From assembly GCA_017556745.1 (NCBI GenBank), contig JAFYMF010000044.1, positions 3,784 through 67,783 on the forward strand: 64,000 nt of DNA, read 5' to 3'. This document shows positions 61,662-64,000 of the stretch, piece after piece. The notes below the pieces were generated by a model. The model made no database searches, was not told the origin of the DNA, and saw only the letters and a list, made by a program, of their open reading frames with translations. The translations under genes and the position numbers were made by a program. Position 1 is the stretch's first letter, and every line of letters starts with the position of its first letter. The stretch is from Clostridia bacterium (GTDB lineage: Bacteria; Bacillota; Clostridia; Oscillospirales; CAG-272).

Positions 61662-62774
61662 TTAGTCTTTGAAGAAGTATGCGGTACCGCTCTTAGCGGA
61701 CTCGTAAATACCCTCAAGGATCTGAGTTACAACGATAGCCTGCTCGGGCTTAACGAAGAGCTCACCCTCACCGCGAAGGTAGTTGTACCAAACTCTCTGC
61801 TCGCGAACAGAATCATCCTCATCGCCTACAGCATCATTGAATGCAACACCGCCGCCGCTCATCTCGATTCTGTTAACGTAAGGACGACCGTCCTCAACAC
61901 CGTTGATACGGATACCGCTCATCTCGTCAGCACCTGCCTTGGTACCGCAGAAGGAGAGAGTAGCCTCACGAACGTCAAGGGTGTTAAGTGCCCAAGAAGC
62001 CTCAAGGTTAATAGTAGCACCGTTCTCCATAACGATGAAACCGAAAGCAGAGTCCTCAACAGTGAACTCTTCAGGCTCCCAGTTACCCCAAGCGTTACCG
62101 CGCATGTCAGCGGGAAGATCAGCAAGCTTGTGGTATACAGTACCTACACAGTACTTGGGCTTGTAGTTGTTAAGAATCCAGAGGGTAAGGTCAAGGGAGT
62201 GAGTACCGATATCGATAAGGGGACCGCCACCCTGCTCATACTCATTCATGAACACGCCCCAAGTGGGAACTGCACGACGACGGATAGCAGTAGCCTTTGC
62301 GTAGTAAATGTCACCGAATCTACCCTTCTCAACCTGGTCGCGAAGGTAACGGTGCTCAGGAGTCTGGCGGTTCTGATAACCGATGGTAAGAGACTTACCG
62401 GTACGGTTCTTAGCGTCAAGCATCTTCTTAGCTTCCTCATAGTTCATAGCCATGGGCTTCTCGCACATAACGTTCTTGCCTGCCTCAAGAGCATCAACGG
62501 TAATGAAGCTGTGAGAACGGTTGGGAGTACATACGTGTACGTCGTCTATGGTAGGATCTGCAAGGAGCTCCTTATAATCAGTATAAACCTTTGCATCAGG
62601 AGTACCGAACTTCTTAGCAGCATCAATTGCTCTCTGCTCTACGATATCACAGAATGCAACCATCTCAATGCCGATGTTCTTAAGTCTAGCGATGCTAGGC
62701 ATGTGCTTTCCGTTTGCAATACCACCGCAACCGATGATACCAACGCGAATAGTTTCACCTTTTCCGTATCCCAT
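61662..62774 (-). CDS. Gfo/Idh/MocA oxidoreductase
   Basis: GIIGCGGIA, CEKPMA, GGGPLIDIGTHSLD. Confidence 0.93.
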   Translation of the reverse strand: MGYGKGETIRVGIIGCGGIANGKHMPSIARLKNIGIEMVAFCDIVEQRAIDAAKKFGTPDAKVYTDYKELLADPTIDDVHVCTPNRSHSFITVDALEAGKNVMCEKPMAMNYEEAKKMLDAKNRTGKSLTIGYQNRQTPEHRYLRDQVEKGRFGDIYYAKATAIRRRAVPTWGVFMNEYEQGGGPLIDIGTHSLDLTLWILNNYKPKYCVGTVYHKLADLPADMRGNAWGNWEPEEFTVEDSAFGFIVMENGATINLEASWALNTLDVREATLSFCGTKAGADEMSGIRINGVEDGRPYVNRIEMSGGGVAFNDAVGDEDDSVREQRVWYNYLRGEGELFVKPEQAIVVTQILEGIYESAKSGTAYFFKD

Positions 62775-62932
62775 TTTGAAATACCTCCAATATGTTAAAT
62801 AATATAAAATAAATAATTCGTTTTCGAATACATTTATACAAAATAATTATATAATGTTTTTATTTAATTTTCAAGTACATTATTGTAATTTTTGTCCTTG
62901 TTTTCTTTTTTTCTGCAGTATGCTGTAAAAAA

Positions 62933-64000
62933 TTAAAGTTTGGACAGTGCATCAAGAATTCCTGCAAGGGTATCACGGTACTTCAGAAGCTTTTCCTTTT
63001 CTCCCTCGACAACCTCTGCAGGCGCCTTAGCAATAAATCCGGCATTGGAAAGCTTACCTTCAAGACGCTTGATCTCACCCTCGGTCTTTGTCTTTTCCTT
63101 TTCAAGACGTGCTCTCTCTGCATCGGTATCAACGATATCGCTAAGAGGAATATAAATAGTAGCAGCATCGGTAACGATCTGAACATTACCGTCGCTCTCA
63201 CAGCTGTCTGCTATCTCGAGTCCGGATGCGGAAGCCATTCTTGTAAAGAAGGGTTCTGCTTCGGCAAATGTCTCGGGATACTTGGTAACGAGAGTTACTT
63301 TTGCCTTTCTTGAGGGAGGAACGTTCATCTCTGCACGGCGGGTACGGATAGCACGGATAGCATCGATGATCTTGCTCATCTCACCCTCCTCAAATGCAAA
63401 CTCAGGCTCAGAAGAGAACTCGGGATATGCAGAGATCATAATGGAAGGCTCACTCTCATCGTGAGGAAGACTGCCGTAGATTTCCTCGGTTACGTAAGGC
63501 ATATAAGGATGAAGAAGCTTAAGAGTGCCGACAAGAACATATGCGATAACGTTCTGAGCAACTATATTCTCCTCGGTATCCTTATTGGAAAGACGCGCCT
63601 TAGCAAGCTCGATATACCAGTCGCAGAATACATCCCAAATGAAGTCATAAAGCTCGGAAAGAGCAACACCAAGCTCATATTTATCAAGAGAAGCTCTTAC
63701 AACAGAGGTAAGCTTGTTGAACTTAGAAAGTATCCACTTATCCTCGGTAGCAAGCTTATCCTTCTCGGGAAGCTTGATCTCATCGATAGAAAGATTCATA
63801 AGCACGAAACGTGCCGCATTCCAAAGCTTGTTAACAAAGTTTCTTGCAGACTCGATCTTCTCATCTGAGAAACGCATGTCGTTTCCGGGAGAATTACCGG
63901 TAGCAAGAGCAAATCTGAGTGCATCAGCACCGTATTTTTCAATGATCTCGAGGGGATCGATACCGTTGCCAAGGGACTTAGACATCTTACGTCCCTGAGC
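62933..64000 (-). CDS. valS: Valyl-tRNA synthetase, 5'-partial
   Basis: KMSKSLGNGIDP, GADALRF, FCDWYIE, LHPYMPYVTEEI, C-terminal coiled coil with F..KAP. Confidence 0.97.
   Translation of the reverse strand, partial: AQGRKMSKSLGNGIDPLEIIEKYGADALRFALATGNSPGNDMRFSDEKIESARNFVNKLWNAARFVLMNLSIDEIKLPEKDKLATEDKWILSKFNKLTSVVRASLDKYELGVALSELYDFIWDVFCDWYIELAKARLSNKDTEENIVAQNVIAYVLVGTLKLLHPYMPYVTEEIYGSLPHDESEPSIMISAYPEFSSEPEFAFEEGEMSKIIDAIRAIRTRRAEMNVPPSRKAKVTLVTKYPETFAEAEPFFTRMASASGLEIADSCESDGNVQIVTDAATIYIPLSDIVDTDAERARLEKEKTKTEGEIKRLEGKLSNAGFIAKAPAEVVEGEKEKLLKYRDTLAGILDALSKL

Overview
Chromosomal window from a low-GC, probably spore-forming anaerobic Clostridia-type Firmicute (inferred from gene content, sigmaA promoters and GGAGG RBSs). 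Most of it is housekeeping and carbohydrate metabolism: ackA (partial), a NuoE/NuoF/GltD-FeS flavoenzyme trio, a GerA-family protein, ispDF, rpe, type III glnA, xth, a sugar-type ABC transporter, bcp, a PatB/MalY enzyme, a MATE pump, a purF lacking Cys1, SGNH and glycoside hydrolase genes, rlmB and valS (partial). The most unusual part is ~27.3-37.9 kb. Two divergent tRNA genes (Gln-TTG, Ser-CGA) are each accompanied by tRNA-like copies carrying extra hairpins: two 112-bp tandem units between the tRNA-Ser promoter and the real gene, and one 169-bp unit behind tRNA-Gln. Downstream lies a decayed integration hotspot: an orphan tRNA-Ser 3' half, two homologous tyrosine-integrase tails, and broken defence-type cargo (KwaB-like, PARG-like, GIY-YIG). 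An internally deleted IS3-family element sits in the rpe/glnA terminator. Family assignments come from motif recognition by eye; no database searches were run.
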